Source of the DNA: Botryllus schlosseri
Taxonomy: Eukaryota
Assembly (NCBI GenBank): GCA_051294905.1
Contig: CM119373.1
Location: 22,134,001 to 22,198,000, forward strand
Reading direction: 5' to 3'
Length of the DNA stretch: 64,000 nt
A program made the position numbers and the translations under genes. The notes beneath the pieces were generated by a model. The model ran no database searches and was not told the DNA's origin. It was given only the letters and a program-made list of their open reading frames with translations. Positions 38,096 to 51,448 of this stretch are shown here, piece after piece. Each line of letters starts with the position of its first letter. Positions within the stretch are counted from its first letter, which is position 1.

Positions 38096-41042
38096 TTTAG
38101 ATCGCTGGTACGGAACGTATGATAATGAGCATATGCACTATATATATTTAGAACAGAGATAAATGCTCACGTGTCTTATTCTATCAATGGAATGATATTC
38201 TTCAAGCTGTTGATATCAAGTATAATATATATTAAATTATATCCTATAATGGTTTGGTTCTTTAAACACGCTGTTGATGCACATTTCATTTTTTCACCAG
38301 TAATCTTTCCTAATGCATTAGATGTTGAGTGTGGCGGATTTTTGTTTTCTGATTGAGCGGAAATTTGGGGTTACGTGTAGGCTTGCAGAATATTTATGTC
38401 TTCATAAGGTTAGCAAAGGTGAAGAACCGTTGCTCCAGATACAACCGATGTATATATGGCAATCTCGTGCGATCAGTTTGGAATCAGACGGGTAGCACTG
38501 TATAAATTTATTGTCTACTTCATTGGTTGCCAGACTTTTTTGACTCATCGCCTGCTTACCAAAGTAAACCAGGGGTGGGCAAACTTATTTGGTCCCGGTC
38601 CGCATTCAACATCTGATTCCATTTGCTGGCTGTAGTATATCAAATTGATATTATTAGCCAAAACGAAATATTTTTATTTAATAAGTTAGTGTCCGAGGAA
38701 ATAATATTGTATATATATTCAGGAGTCAGGAACCTTTTTTGTCTGCAGAGCCATATTGGCCCTTTTTTACAGTTTAATCCCAAAGAGCCATAAATGTCAA
38801 TCAACTGTTACGTTACAACTGAAAATTCGTGACGTCATGGTAGCACTTTTTCGAACGCACTACGTGGGATTCGTCTTATGCGCCACATTTTCCCCGTACA
38901 AACTCGAACTAATCATGCTGGTTGCCTTATTTTGGCATGCCAAACTTGAGTTACGAGAACATAGGTTCGTCGTTATGCTCTTTCTGAATGCGACAACCTA
39001 TGATCAAATGCGTAGGTGGGGCCAAACATGGTCCCTACAGCAGTATATATATGCCTAACCACTCTAAGCTGTGATACATCAGTGACGTCGAGTCAGAGGA
39101 GGCAAGTGAGGCAGTACCTCACCTGTAGTCAGGATGAGTGAACGAAAATTGTGAAACTTTCGATTACTATACGTATCGTCTATCGATGTTCAGGAATGAC
39201 AAGAATTTGAACATTATTCTCCCAAAATCACACAATTGGTATATTTATTGTCCGACAATAAAACGCGAAACGAGAGGTAAGGTACAGACGGCCCAAGTCC
39301 CACCGCAATTCATCGTAAATAGCTTAGAATTTAATATAACTGATGAACCTCGAATATAACTGTAGTGGTTCCGTAAATCTAAATACTTTTCGACTGCTCA
39401 ATTCTCAAAGTATTCGTCGATGACATAAAATGTTGCGCTACACGCTTACATTTTATCGCCGGCACTACAGGGCTAGCTATGACGTTGTTTGTAATTGAAG
39501 TTTGTAATTGTGAATGTAACGTCTGCGGCAATTCACTTCGCTCCGTAGATCAGAACGACATTGTGTATTTGTAAACTGCGTTGTCATATAGGCCTCGCCA
39601 TGTCTGCTATTCTCTTTGATCAATCTACGTATCGATCTAGTCGGTACATCAAATTATCTGTGAGTGCTACTGGTCACCAGCGCGACAGTAACTTAAATTT
39701 ATGATATTGAAAAGACGGGGTCCGAGCCCCGAAACCTAAAGACGGCATTGCCTTTACCTCTCAAAGATACGTTTATTCTGCAACGAGAATAATTATTCCG
39801 GCCGTGATAAAAATTTACTAACAAGTTGCGGCAATGTTGATCAATTCAGTACAAAAATAAATACTTGAAAAGAGCCATATCTTATACCCAAAAGAGTCAT
39901 AGGTTTCTGACCGCTGCCATACGTCCTCCTTTGATAAGTATTTGTCTTCCTTTTTCGGGAAATCGAAAATGTCCTCCGAGAGAGAAAAAGGTGATACTCG
40001 TTTTCACCTGTACCATCGAGATGCCTTGACGACATATATGCGATTCGACCTTTGGTAAGGTCACCTAGTCTGCACCCTGTCATTTTTATTTTCCATGTTA
40101 TCCGTGCTGGATGCTGACCGCCTAGCGGGATAGCCGCGGATACCAGTTTTCAAGTATTTGGTCTGACCCACCCGGGGATCGAGCCAACGCATCACCATTA
40201 TACACTATCTCGCTCCAAGGCCGCCTAAATGTCCTTCTTTTAGGCAATTCGTCCTCCTGTCAGCCTTTACAGCTAGGATGCGGGTGTTCGAGCGTGTACT
40301 TCGGTAGCTGAGTCGGAGATGATGATCTGTTTTAGTCAGTAGCCAACACAACAAGATTTCCAGTAAATATTTCAAAACTAGCTTTTTTTAATTTCCGTCA
40401 ACTAACTTTTATCATTAGATAAAAGTGTCCTGCTTTCCGGAATCAAAAATATGGTGACTCTAAGCAAGCAGTCTCTCTGCAGAAGAACAGTTCACTAACT
40501 TACGAAATGACCGGTATTTTAAACACAGTTTCCACTAAAATAATGGAAGAGTTTTAGTTGTCTGTTTCTGAATCCTGTTTCATGATCGATGTAAAAGCAA
40601 TCGAAATTGCGTTGCCATTTTCATTTTCATAGGTTTGTGAACACGACTTTTCCGATTTTACTCAAATTAAAAGCTGCAAACAAGAGAGACAGCTTAGAAT
40701 TGTGACGAAATGCGATTATGTTTGCCCACAATGCAACCTCGTTCAGTAGTATATGATCGTTATTCATGTTAACAACTTCCCCATATCTATATTGAAAGAA
40801 GCCCAATGTTTATAGAAAAGTACATATTATGTCAGGACCAGTGGTCACACACTAGCGAGCCGCATGACTGCATGCAACCCTCGAGTTCATATTGTGCGGC
40901 CCGCGGCCTTATTTCAGATTCCGGTAGAACGCTTCGTAAAGCATTCTAAAATGCTGAAATTGATTTCAGTTGACGATTTCGGCGATGGTAATAGGATTCC
41001 ATGAGGGTAGACTTAGCTGATAAGATTTGGAATGACCTAGAC

Positions 41043-41813
41043 CAGGGATGGCAAAACCTTTTTGCTATTCACGTTCGCAATTCGACTACTGATGTAGCCC
41101 GCGGTCGCATTTCGGGGCATAGTCGTAATGAACTAACTGGACGCCAAGTACCCATCTTAAACTGTAATCGTCCATTTCCGGTAAACTCCGGACTAATCTA
41201 TTCAATGATCTCGGCTAACTGTAGTCTGTACACACCGAAATCGCAAGAGGTGATGCTATGGGACTGGATATGGTCGCGACTGGCGCGACAATTTTTTCAG
41301 ATTCAATAATGAATTTCATCATCAAAATTAGTATTTTAACATATTACTATTATGCATTTATTCTTTCTCAGCCCATGTGATTTGGTAGAGTTGATGGAGA
41401 GGGTGTTTTCGAAAATTTAAGGAAAGATATAAACGATGGTGCATCTTCGTAGGGCCAATTGTTATTAGTCGCTTTGTTACGTACTGTTATTTCTTGGCCT
41501 CCCATCAGGATAGTCGGTATAGTGAGGAGCTTACGATTTCGAATTTGTGTTACTATTTAGGGCACATCATTTTCCTCTATTGTTCGCATTTTTTCTTTGA
41601 GGCTCAGATTGCACAGGGCGCTACTATAATTAACTCGACAAATGAAGTCACATTGAATGGCGCGTAACGCGAAGAAAATTTCAAGATTTATCAGAATGTC
41701 AAGTCAATTCGTAAATTCAAATTGCATGTCGACGACCGCTAACACATACTAATTGAAATACGTGTCGACGGCCGCACAAGTTTCCTACTACGGCCGTAGG
41801 TTGGCCACGCCTG
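41043..41813. mobile_element. hAT (Charlie-like) MITE
   Basis: Ends CAGGGATGGCAAA / TTGGCCACGCCTG; TSD ACCTAGAC / GCCTAGAC. Confidence 0.75.
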
Positions 41814-41848
41814 GCCTAGACACTGCCAATACCGAGACGCTTAGAGAA

Positions 41849-42362
41849 TAGGGCTGGACAAAATCGAGTACCTGAGTGATTAATTCTGAATCAGGCAATA
41901 TGCTTCGAGTCGAGTGGAGTAATCGAGTATCCCTTATTATGAAGTCATAACAAAATGTAATACGTCAAAGTTCAAATATGTTGCCTACATTTTATGCCAC
42001 CACAAAGAATAGTGTTATCCATCTCATAAATGATACTTTGGTATTTTTCGACCATACGGATTTCATTCCACTTGGTGACAATGTTGTGGGATAATCATGA
42101 CTTCGGAAATGTGCTACGTCCAACAACCTTCGTAGCTTTGTACTATATGTTTTGTATTCTACGATACCACCAATCAAGGTTTCGAGGCTTCAACAATGAA
42201 AATTAGTATCGGAGCTATAATTCTCGTGGATTAAATTAACTTTGAGTGGCGAGAGCCTATAATTTCAGTACACGAAAGAGACAAAGTTTCCTACTCGACT
42301 CGAATCATTAAAATTGATATTCGATTCAGATTCGAGTACGGGAATCATTGTGCCCAGACCTA
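41849..42362 (+). mobile_element. hAT MITE, TAGGGCTGG family with TCGAGTA subterminal motifs
   Basis: Ends TAGGGCTGGACA / TGCCCAGACCTA; TSD TTAGAGAA / TTAGAAAA. Confidence 0.8.
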
Positions 42363-42719
42363 TTAGAAAACGACGAGTGGCTACCACACAAGATCAAGCT
42401 TTACGACCAAATAGTTTCCGCGCTAGTAGTGTCTAGCTAACCCCAATATCAACTCTATAGTCGCTGAAAAGTGTTGTCAGGTATCGTGTGCAGATAGAAT
42501 GAAAAAGATGATCATGATATTCCTCTTGCATTTATATTTCTTGTGGTAACTATAGCTATGGCCGTTGTCCATGTTAGAGACAACACCATTGTCTTGATAT
42601 AGTTTTAAAAATGTGATTGTTAAACTGTGTGGCCTCTTTTATGTCGATATTGAATTATTGCGGCCCGCGGCCTCTACAAAATTTGAAAAGTGGCCCGAAT
42701 TTCAATCTTAGTTGGCGAC

Positions 42720-44479
42720 TAGGGCTCGGCAAAATCGAGTATCTGAGTGATTCGATTCTGAATCACGTATTATGCTTCGAGTCGAATCGAGCATTCGAGT
42801 ATTCGAGTATCACTAATTATGACATCACAACAGAAAATATCGTGTCAAAGTTCAAATATGTACCTTTTATGCCACCACAAAGAATATAATGCCTGTTATC
42901 CGTGACATTAAAGATACATTGGTATATTTTCGACCATACCAATTTCATTGCCCGTCTTCACAATGTTGTGGGATGATCATGACTTCGGAAATGTGTTATT
43001 TCCAGTAACTTTCGTAGCTTTGTACTATGTCTCGTATTCTGCGACACGGCAAATAGAGCAGAGGTCTCAAACACGCGGCCCGCGGGCCGCATGCGGCCCC
43101 CGAGAACATTTTGTGCGGCCCGCGAAGACATTTGGGAACATCAAATATTCGACAATAGATTCAAGTGTCATATATCTTTTTAGATTCAAGAACTTGAAAT
43201 TCACTCTAAAAGTACTACAAAAGCCTGAAATTTAAACAAACTTTGCCATCACATCACCCCTAAAATCTTCCACGCGGTCGAAGATCGGTATTATGTTCCA
43301 TTTCCATTTCCATTTCATGATGATAAAACATGAACCGTTGATGATTCGTGACTGAAAATTTTGATTTTGTTTTGTGCGACCTTTCTTCAAATTACTCGAT
43401 TTTGGATTATCTGGGTAAACTGAAAATGACTCGAGTTGAGTCGAGTTGAATCATACGGACGCAACAATCTATGAAACTGTCACGGGGAATAGCAATATAT
43501 CAAAGACCTGTAGCTAGCGTTGCCTAGGGTATATAGTTATCTGGTCTACATGGAAGCCATTGGCATTCTGTAGCCGCCGTGACGTGTATTTGGTTACGTC
43601 CTGGGTGTTGTTTGCTCTCTTTATCCATGTTATTATCGGTGGCGAGTAAAGTAGTGGTACGCTCCACAGCTGTAACACCAATGGATTCTTCGGCGATTGG
43701 TCATTTCTACTCCAGGGGTTCTTAACCAGGAGTCCGTTGTATCCCCTTCGTGGTACGAAGCACCACATCAGAGGGTACGAGATGCATTGTGGGAATAGGC
43801 TTATATGCTGTGGAATATTTCCGGGGCGAATTTATGGAATTGGGAAATATTCGTCGTGCTATGCGCGATTTTACGTGAATAGGCTTTCCGATTTCTATAT
43901 AGGTACCATCAGCGGTGTCCTATAAAAAGCCTCGTGCTACAAGTGGGTAAATACGGAATTTTCGGCCTGATGTAAGATGACCAATGTCGTCGAAACACGA
44001 TCATTATTAAAAACAAACAAATCATCAGAAATTGTGTTGAAAATGGGCAGGCGGCACGGGAGATCTTATCGAAAGCATAAGCGGTACTATCGCTAAAAGG
44101 TTAAGAAACAATGCTGTTACTATGGCACAATAATGATTATATTTAAGTTGTTATTGATCTGTTCCAATGTTAATCGGAGATTACCGGGATATTATACATT
44201 GAATACCCATATTATTGATGCTGCGGCCCGCGACGTCATCAAAATTAGGAAATTGGCCCGCGAACACATTTGAGTTTGAGACCTCTGAAATAGAGGTTTC
44301 AAGACTTCCTCAGTGGAAAATAGTATCGAAACTATAACTCTCGTTGGTGAATTAAGTTTCAGTTGCGAGGAGCGTATGATTTCAGTACTCGAAAAATTTG
44401 TCTATTACTACTCGACTCGAATCATTAAAATTAATACTCGATTCAGATTCGAGTACTCGAATCACTGTGCCCAGCCCTA
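42720..44479 (+). mobile_element. Second TAGGGCTGG-family MITE carrying a nested element
   Basis: Collinear with 41849-42362 on both sides of the insertion 43059-44287. Confidence 0.8.
43059..44287. mobile_element. Nested Charlie-like hAT MITE
   Basis: TIRs CAGAGGTCTCAAAC / GTTTGAGACCTCTG; TSD AAATAGAG. Confidence 0.9.
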
Positions 44480-44615
44480 TTTGAAACCCTGGTCTAGAAT
44501 AAATGATCTGAATCATAAGCGAGTTTGATACAGAAGTTTTGTGCCGTCGCAAAACAAACGCGTGATATTGTCTTGCGGTCGTAACGCGTAAGCCGTAAGG
44601 TTACACATCGAGCAC

Positions 44616-44792
44616 CTGTGCTTGGTAAGGATAATCCGCTTCAGTTTGCAGTCCCGAAGTGCCGATTAAATAGGAATACACCATGAAGGGGATTCCCCCG
44701 TCTCCGCCCTGGTTGCAATCCACAATCTGTTGCTCGCTGAATGAAGCTAGTTTGCCGGTAAGTTTGCTGAACTGTCCTTCGACAGCCTCCAC
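44616..44792 (-). CDS. CTSL: Cathepsin L-like exon 4 (VEAVEGQ...FSEQQIVDCNQGGDGG...GLQTEADYPYQAQ)
   Basis: SEQxxVDC and YPY motifs; acceptor GTCTTAG, donor GTGCTC; phase 0/0. Confidence 0.93.
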
Positions 44793-45200
44793 CTAAGACA
44801 GAATGTCGAAGTTGATGTGAAATTATAAATGCAACAAGGAACTGCTCTTTGGTCGGTATCGTAATTATGCAGCTCCCAAGGACAACTGTACTGAAATTAT
44901 GTCGACGCACTATTGCAGTTTGAGATTGAACTGGTGTTTAAATCGTTCGGGTTATTCAAACACGAGGTCAATGAACTACCACCCACAGCCCTGTCCAAAC
45001 GCATCTCGAAAATTGGCTTGAATTTTAGCTGGCGTGCGAACCACCCTAACAGTTATCGGCGATAATACACCGGTTATCGGGTTGAGGAATCGTCCCAACC
45101 ATTGATTGCCTGTTAGTTTAAGATAGGATTTCGAAATTATGTTGCTTACGACTTGGCCATTGCAGCATCAGAAAGAAATTTACCACCTATGTGTTTGTTT

Positions 45201-45472
45201 GTTTGCTTGCGGCATTCTCGGTGTTTGTCGACTACTATGGTCATTTCAACCAGGCCTATATTGTTCATTGTTTTCCGTAACTGCCGACCTATAGGACGGC
45301 CCACCTCTAGGTTTTTTGTAAGACACCGCCTACGCGGATGAGGTGGCTAGTAGGAGCCTAGGTAAACCTCCAACACTTACGTATCGGTATTCTGAAGTCG
45401 ACCTCGGTCGAACTCGAACCCGCACCCATTGTTGTTGCAGCCGCAAAATATACCACTGCGCTATCTCGCCAC
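45201..45472 (-). mobile_element. tRNA-derived SINE (third family) with (CAAA)n tail
   Basis: Reverse complement of 55631-55903; A box TAGCGCAGTGG, B box GGTTCGAGT; flanking duplication CACCTATGTGTTT. Confidence 0.85.
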
Positions 45473-45847
45473 ACTAGCACCTATGTGTTTGTTTTTGGTT
45501 ACCACGCTATGGTGAAGCCAGAGCATAGGGGATGACGACGCCATTGTTCCTACAAACGAGTTATCATGTCATCTTTGAACAGGCCTATATGACGCCATGT
45601 CATCTTTAAACGAATGTCACCCCTTCTAAGGTTTCATCCGGCAGTCACCGAGCATGTCCACATTCAAGTCGAAATACAAGCAATTACTACTGAATAAATA
45701 CAGTCCATCCTCAAGATTACCGGACCACGACTGACCTATAGATCTCGCTTCCCACGACATGCCGCCCTATTTCTTGTCGCATCTTTTTCTGTACTATCTT
45801 CTTTACTTTCATTCAGTGTGCATGCCCCCTCTTTACATCGTCTAGGC

Positions 45848-46132
45848 AAGTGGTTCTCAAACTTTGTTTAGACACGCCCCCCTTTTTGATAGTGAAAAAT
45901 TTTGCGCCCCCCTTATCGTCATATGAAAAAATTCAACTGGGATGCTAGCAACCCCAACAGATTGTTTGGTGGTATGGAAGGTTATGAATGTTGATGAGAG
46001 AAAAAATATGAAATTGGGTCTATATAGAGAAATAAAGTGGGTAAATCGCGCCACGAGCGAAATTTTTTTCTGGTAACCGCTTCTTCGTGCCCCCCTTCAG
46101 ATGTTTCGCGCCCCCCAGGTTGAGAACCCCTG
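45848..46132. mobile_element. Charlie-like MITE (family of 25673-25925)
   Basis: Ends AAGTGGTTCTCAA / GGTTGAGAACCCCTG; TSD GTCTAGGC. Confidence 0.9.
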
Positions 46133-47217
46133 GTCTAGGCCAAGGTGGGTGTCTGATTCCATTGACTACTCCTAGTCGCTTCGACATCTTCCTGTCTTTT
46201 CATTGTACCGCATTTTTGTGGTGTATTGAACTGATAAAATTGCTAATAAACCAATGATGATGATGTTGATGATCAGATCAGGTCCACGCCTATATTGAAA
46301 CGATTTTCTACTGCACCAAAGATATTGTTTTAACATGAATTGAGACTCACAGATTTGAGAGAGAACAACCATATTTTATACATAATGATATCGGACGTGG
46401 TTGAGCAGCTATTGTTTCGCCCGTGAACGTTAAATCGCCGAAACTTAGCTGCTGCATATCGCGATCATCATAATCGTGAACTATATGTTGATAGATATCT
46501 TGCTATGTTTTAGTTCACAGCAACGATTTCATTAGTTGGCGCAAGTGTAACATTTTGAGTTCACCGGGGAAGCCGAATTTGTGACTGGAACAGAAATGAC
46601 GTGAGTTGCAACGGTATATACAGTGGCAAGCTATCGTACCGTTGTTATATATATTATGAAAAGTCAAATTTGTGAATTTGTACTCTATTAAAAGTAATAG
46701 TAGCGATTTTCAAGACGAGATATGCGGATAAAACTACATATAGGGGAAATGTAACGTATACAAGTAGCCTAAGTAATTCTGACCAGTAGATTTGATCGGA
46801 GGCTCGCATACTTCTTTCGGGTAGCCGTTGGTGGCTTGTTTCGAAATTGCAATATGAATCTACGCACCAACGCAAATATACCAATGACGGTGGCCAGTGC
46901 GAATAATAGTTACAATCCTCCAAAATACATTCATGAGATGAAGTGATGGCTATTTCACGCTGTTCTTATGACGATTTCTGTGTAAATTTGAAATTCCAAA
47001 TGGTAAAAGGCAATGATGATGCTGTGCCTAAAAAACTTTTCAAGTAACTGTTCAAATATTCTTATAATATGATCACCTGAGTAATTAGTGTAAGTCACTG
47101 AACCTCTTGAGTACTTTGGATAAGGAGAATTACATGGTTTCGGACCAACCGTGATTATAGACTGTTACAGAGCGTGGATTCATCACCTTTGCTAAATATC
47201 TGCGAGCAAAAACCCAC

Positions 47218-47403
47218 CGCTGAAAACGAGTAGCAACTGCCGATTTGTCCCTGATCCTTAACAGGCGTCACGTAATCCTGACTTGTCCACTCGACGCTCT
47301 GAGGCGAGCTTGTTGAGTTGACGGTAAAATACGAAATGAACGCGGAGCTGGGACTGATCGGGTCCTGATGCGGCATGAGCATAGCCCGGAATTCGGCTTT
47401 CGT
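47218..47403 (-). CDS. CTSL: Cathepsin L-like exon 3 (TKAEF...SVEW...[18 protein letters not shown]), oxyanion Gln and catalytic Cys
   Basis: VTPVKxQG and GSC motifs; acceptor TATTCAG, donor GTGGGT. Confidence 0.95.
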
Positions 47404-48904
47404 CTGAATAAATGAAGGTAAATGGTACAGTGTGAAAAATTGCCGGGATGATTGTTATGCACCTACGTACCAACGAGGTTGGTCACAGTCGTCAGCCTTC
47501 CCACTCATGTTGGCGTAGTATTAATCAGTGATGGTCAAGAAAGAAGTATTCTCAGTTTTTCGGGGTACACAAGTAGGTTTCGCCTTCTTGACTTATATTT
47601 TACAAGTGGTTATGTTTTTAAATTACTTCAACTTCTTACCAGCTTTCGAGGCAAAACTACTTACTCTCTACTGTTTGGATTTTCTAAAGTAAGAAGTTTT
47701 TGGATGTGTTCGTACAGCTTTCATGATTACGGAATCGTCGGAGCAACACCTGTAACACGTCAATCGATACATTGTCGAACATTGCACTTATTCGCAGAGT
47801 CATTGCTCATTCGACGTGGAGCTGCAATCTGCCATTTCTAAAGTAATCACTAGGGATGGTGTGAACGTTCGCGTTCTGTGTGTGAACCTCAGATATTTAG
47901 AGGTTCACGTTCACAAAGGAACCTTGGTAGGTTCTGCACTGTGAATCTTATTCATATATTATAGTTTTCACTTCATTTTACCACCTTTAGTGGAAATTTA
48001 TTGCATTTCAACTACAGGACAGCATGAAAAAGCAACACTAATCGAGCATGCACCTTGACAATCTCAAAAGTTTTACTCGCTTTAATACAAAAGTTTTATG
48101 GAATACGCGGGTCAATCTTGATTTCATATGTTTATTGTATCATAAAAACCGAATCCGTGCTATTGGGGTGTTGGCTACAGTTGTATAACTTGTTAATGGG
48201 GTGATATCGGTAGCAAGGATACAGACCCGTTTTACACTCTGCTCAATATCAACGTACAACACTTAGACGCCAAATAGCCTACATTGCCCGGTGTAGCCTA
48301 TACCGTTAAGGCGCAAGCTTGTACTCCCTTGCAACTCCTCGTCGAAATTGTTAGCAAAGCGACGGAAGATATTGATTTTATGGGATTATTATATCATTTG
48401 ATTGCCCCCATTGATACATTTGGTGACCTTAAAACGTCAATATGCACTTCATTATTGTGGCATTATGTGGCGGGAGTCGTCGCTAGGTATCGTGTACATT
48501 AGGGCTCTTCAAAAATGACTTTTTTTCTCAAATCGTACTGGCTACTTGATAAAATTGTTAGGTTACCTAATTTAAGCCTACACACAAAATTTGGATCAAT
48601 TCCAGCCAGTAACCGCTTTGCTAAAGGAGAAGAAAGTTTCTATTTATTATATAAAAATAAATAATGGAAATTTGAAAATTTTCTGTTCACCCTATGAAAG
48701 TGTTAGGCTGTCTATAGAAACGATGCTCATCAAATTTGGTTCAATTCCAACCAGTGGAACGGAGTTATTGCCGTCGAAAAATTTGAGTTTGAATAAAATA
48801 GTATTTACGGTGACCGATTCTTTGCTTATTTATTATAGCTGTAGAGCTTCTTGGAGGTACAGAACTTCAATATACAATTAAATAGTATATTCATATTGAA
48901 ATGA

Positions 48905-48938
48905 ACCCGAATATTTTCGGCTGACACTCGTCAGGGGT
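48905..48938 (-). ncRNA. Minimal type I hammerhead ribozyme motif, consensus-intact copy
   Basis: Minus strand reads ACCC-CTGACGA-GTGTCAGCC-GAA-AATATT-C-GGGT: full catalytic core, G10.1-C11.1 pair, palindromic stem III, UUC cleavage triplet. Confidence 0.7.
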
Positions 48939-49267
48939 AATCGTCAGCAACTAGTAGAGAATTGGAAAGAACATTGTATATCAACAATCGTATCATAAAA
49001 TAATCCGATTTGTGCGCATAATTATCGAGACGACCGATTTCGAATCGTAGGTCGAGGCCGTTCACAATTCCATTTGTGTGCCTTGGAATCAACTTTTATC
49101 AAAATACACCAACCAAAACTCTGTCAACAAAAGGAGTTCGCGTATCACCTAAAAATAGTACATTGAACGCTCTCTCATTCGAAATTTCATGCTGGTGACG
49201 TCATATTTTGTGATACGATTGTTGATATACAATGTTCTTTCCAATTCTCTACTAGTTGCTGACGATT

Positions 49268-49301
49268 ACCCCTGACGAGTGTCAGCCGAAAATACTCGGG
49301 T
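49268..49301 (+). ncRNA. Hammerhead motif with broken stem III palindrome (AATACT)
   Basis: ACCC-CTGACGA-GTGTCAGCC-GAA-AATACT-C-GGGT. Confidence 0.5.
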
Positions 49302-51448
49302 TCATTTCAATATGAATATACTATTTATTATAGCTGTGCTGACCGTAAATACTATTTTATTCAAATCCAAGTTTTTCGATGGCATTAACTCCGCTTCCAC
49401 CTGTTGGAATTGAACCAAATTTGGTGAGCATCGTTCTTCATTGAAATGTAGGGTTGGAATTTGCAAGATGACGTCGCGTGACGTCATGATGTTCACGATC
49501 GCGTTCGCAAAGAACCTTTCGAAAAGTTTCGCGTTCACACGAACCTGAACCTTCCGGAGGTTCACACCATCCCTAGTAATCACCCCGATCAGATCTTAAA
49601 ACTGTGTTACCCTTCGTTCAAATCTCCTTTCATGAAACTACTTCCGTGGGTATTTTCAAACCTTTCAGTTTTCACTTCCGCTCGACGTTGTTTTGACATA
49701 TCTTGGAAATCGCTGATTCTAATTGTAATTGAGTGGATATTTTCTGCGGTACTTTTATTGCTATATGCAGGCACACGGTGATCACGTTGACCACCTCCGA
49801 TTTAGTGTCGCAAATTTCTACTCAATAATTGCTAGCAGAAGTTTTCAAGACATCCTGAAACTACTTTAATCATCAATAGGAAAACGGCGAAAAGTACCCA
49901 GGCCAGCATAGTTTCATAACTAAATTCGATCGAGGCGTCTCATAGTCAGTCGGGCGGGGAATACTTTACGACTAATATTAAAACGACTGAAGAGTGAAGA
50001 CACTCCGAAAATATATTACCATGATACAGAGGATATTAACCCAGGTTGTTTTCAAAGTCTTACTTGGAAAAGTGATGCAAACCTATCTAAAATCGAATTG
50101 CTACAATACAGAGTCTGAATTGCAGAAAGTGGGTAGTTATGCTTCAAGAACCGATAAGTGCAAGCGGTGTCTGGGAACGTTCTACAGAGTATATAGTGCA
50201 AGTGATAGAATACTATACTTGAATGTTCTGGAAGCTGGTTAAAGTAGTCAGCGCTGCTACTCAAGTATACGTAGACGCAATGTCGTAAATCTATACTTAA
50301 TTACACGTAGAAATAGTGATATCCATGCCCCGTCAATACCACTTTAATTGTAAGTAGGAAATTAAAGGTTATGAATAGTAAACAAGTGGTTTTCGTCTCT
50401 TCGTGGCAGACGTTTAGTATGGTCAATCGGTGATGGATACCCTCCATGTCGTAAAATCTATCTTCGCGACTAACGAAAGATGACTAATGACATGACAATT
50501 ATCGACGATTGTCGAAAATATATTCAGGTACAGAGGGTGTATTGCAGTGGCTCTCCAACTTTTTTAGACACGCCTCCCTCTGATGATAGCGAAAAATTTC
50601 GTCCCACCCCCTTTATCGTCATGTCACAAAATGCAACCAGAATGCTAGCAATGTCAACGGATAGTTTGATAGCATAGAAGGTTATGACTGTTGATGAGAG
50701 AATTCTCAGAAATGAAATTAGGACTATGCACAGAGCAATAACTATGGAATTGGAGATAAATTGCGCAGGGCGCGAAAAAATTCTCAGTTTACCGCAGTTT
50801 CGCGCCCCCTTCAGATTCTTTCACGCTCCCTCCCAGATTTAAAGCCACTGCTATATTGTCATGGTGTTATAGTAATTTTACCCGTAAAAGAGTTGTAAAC
50901 CCACATTAAACTACGTTATATTTCAGAAGTAGAAGTAGCCTGAACCATAACAATTGGGTCTAAATAGTATAAGTGGGTAAACATATCTGAGTAGATTACG
51001 TATTCCGGTTGAACAAATATAACACAGGTTCCACATCCCTTGACACCTGACCTCGATCGAGCAGATTACGTGTCCCACTGCATTTTATTTCGATGCAAAT
51101 GCGAATGATGATTAAAACACACCGCGTCGGGGTATTTGAGTTTAAATTTTGTAAATGCTGGCCAACCCAGTCCTAGATATTAAAAAGAAAACTTGGATAT
51201 GGCGAACATAGTCACTTGCGTTGTAATCGTTTACGTCACTACAAATGACGCAACGCGACGTTCTACATGAATAAATTAACGCATTTCCACGGAGAAAGCT
51301 TTTCTCACGATTTAAGATTACGCAAACACACGATCTGCTTATCAATTAATAAATCGATGATGTGGCGCTCGCAGCTTAGTCAATCCCGCGAAGCAGTTCC
51401 AATTCGGTTTCAAATCAAGGAGCTATATCTGGCATTTACAATGCTTAC

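Larger units (their letters stand above)
48832..49330 (+). mobile_element. Penelope-like retroelement 3' end: inverted pLTR + GIY-YIG C-terminus + pLTR
   Basis: 49002-49166 translates to NPICAHNYRDDRFRIVGRGRSQFHLCALESTFIKIHQPKLCQQKEFAYHLKIVH*, typical of PLE endonuclease ends; inverted pLTR at 48832-48995. Confidence 0.88.
48502..49465. mobile_element. Nested Harbinger-like foldback MITE (family of 51931-52544)
   Basis: Starts TTA|GGGCTCTTCAAAAA; arms with CATCAAATTTGGTTCAATTCCAACC are inverted either side of the Penelope insert; right boundary approximate. Confidence 0.55.
47851..49575 (+). mobile_element. hAT MITE, TAGGGATGGTGTGAAC family, with two nested layers
   Basis: Perfect TIRs TAGGGATGGTGTGAAC / GTTCACACCATCCCTA; TSD GTAATCAC (47843-47850, 49576-49583). 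Confidence 0.93.
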
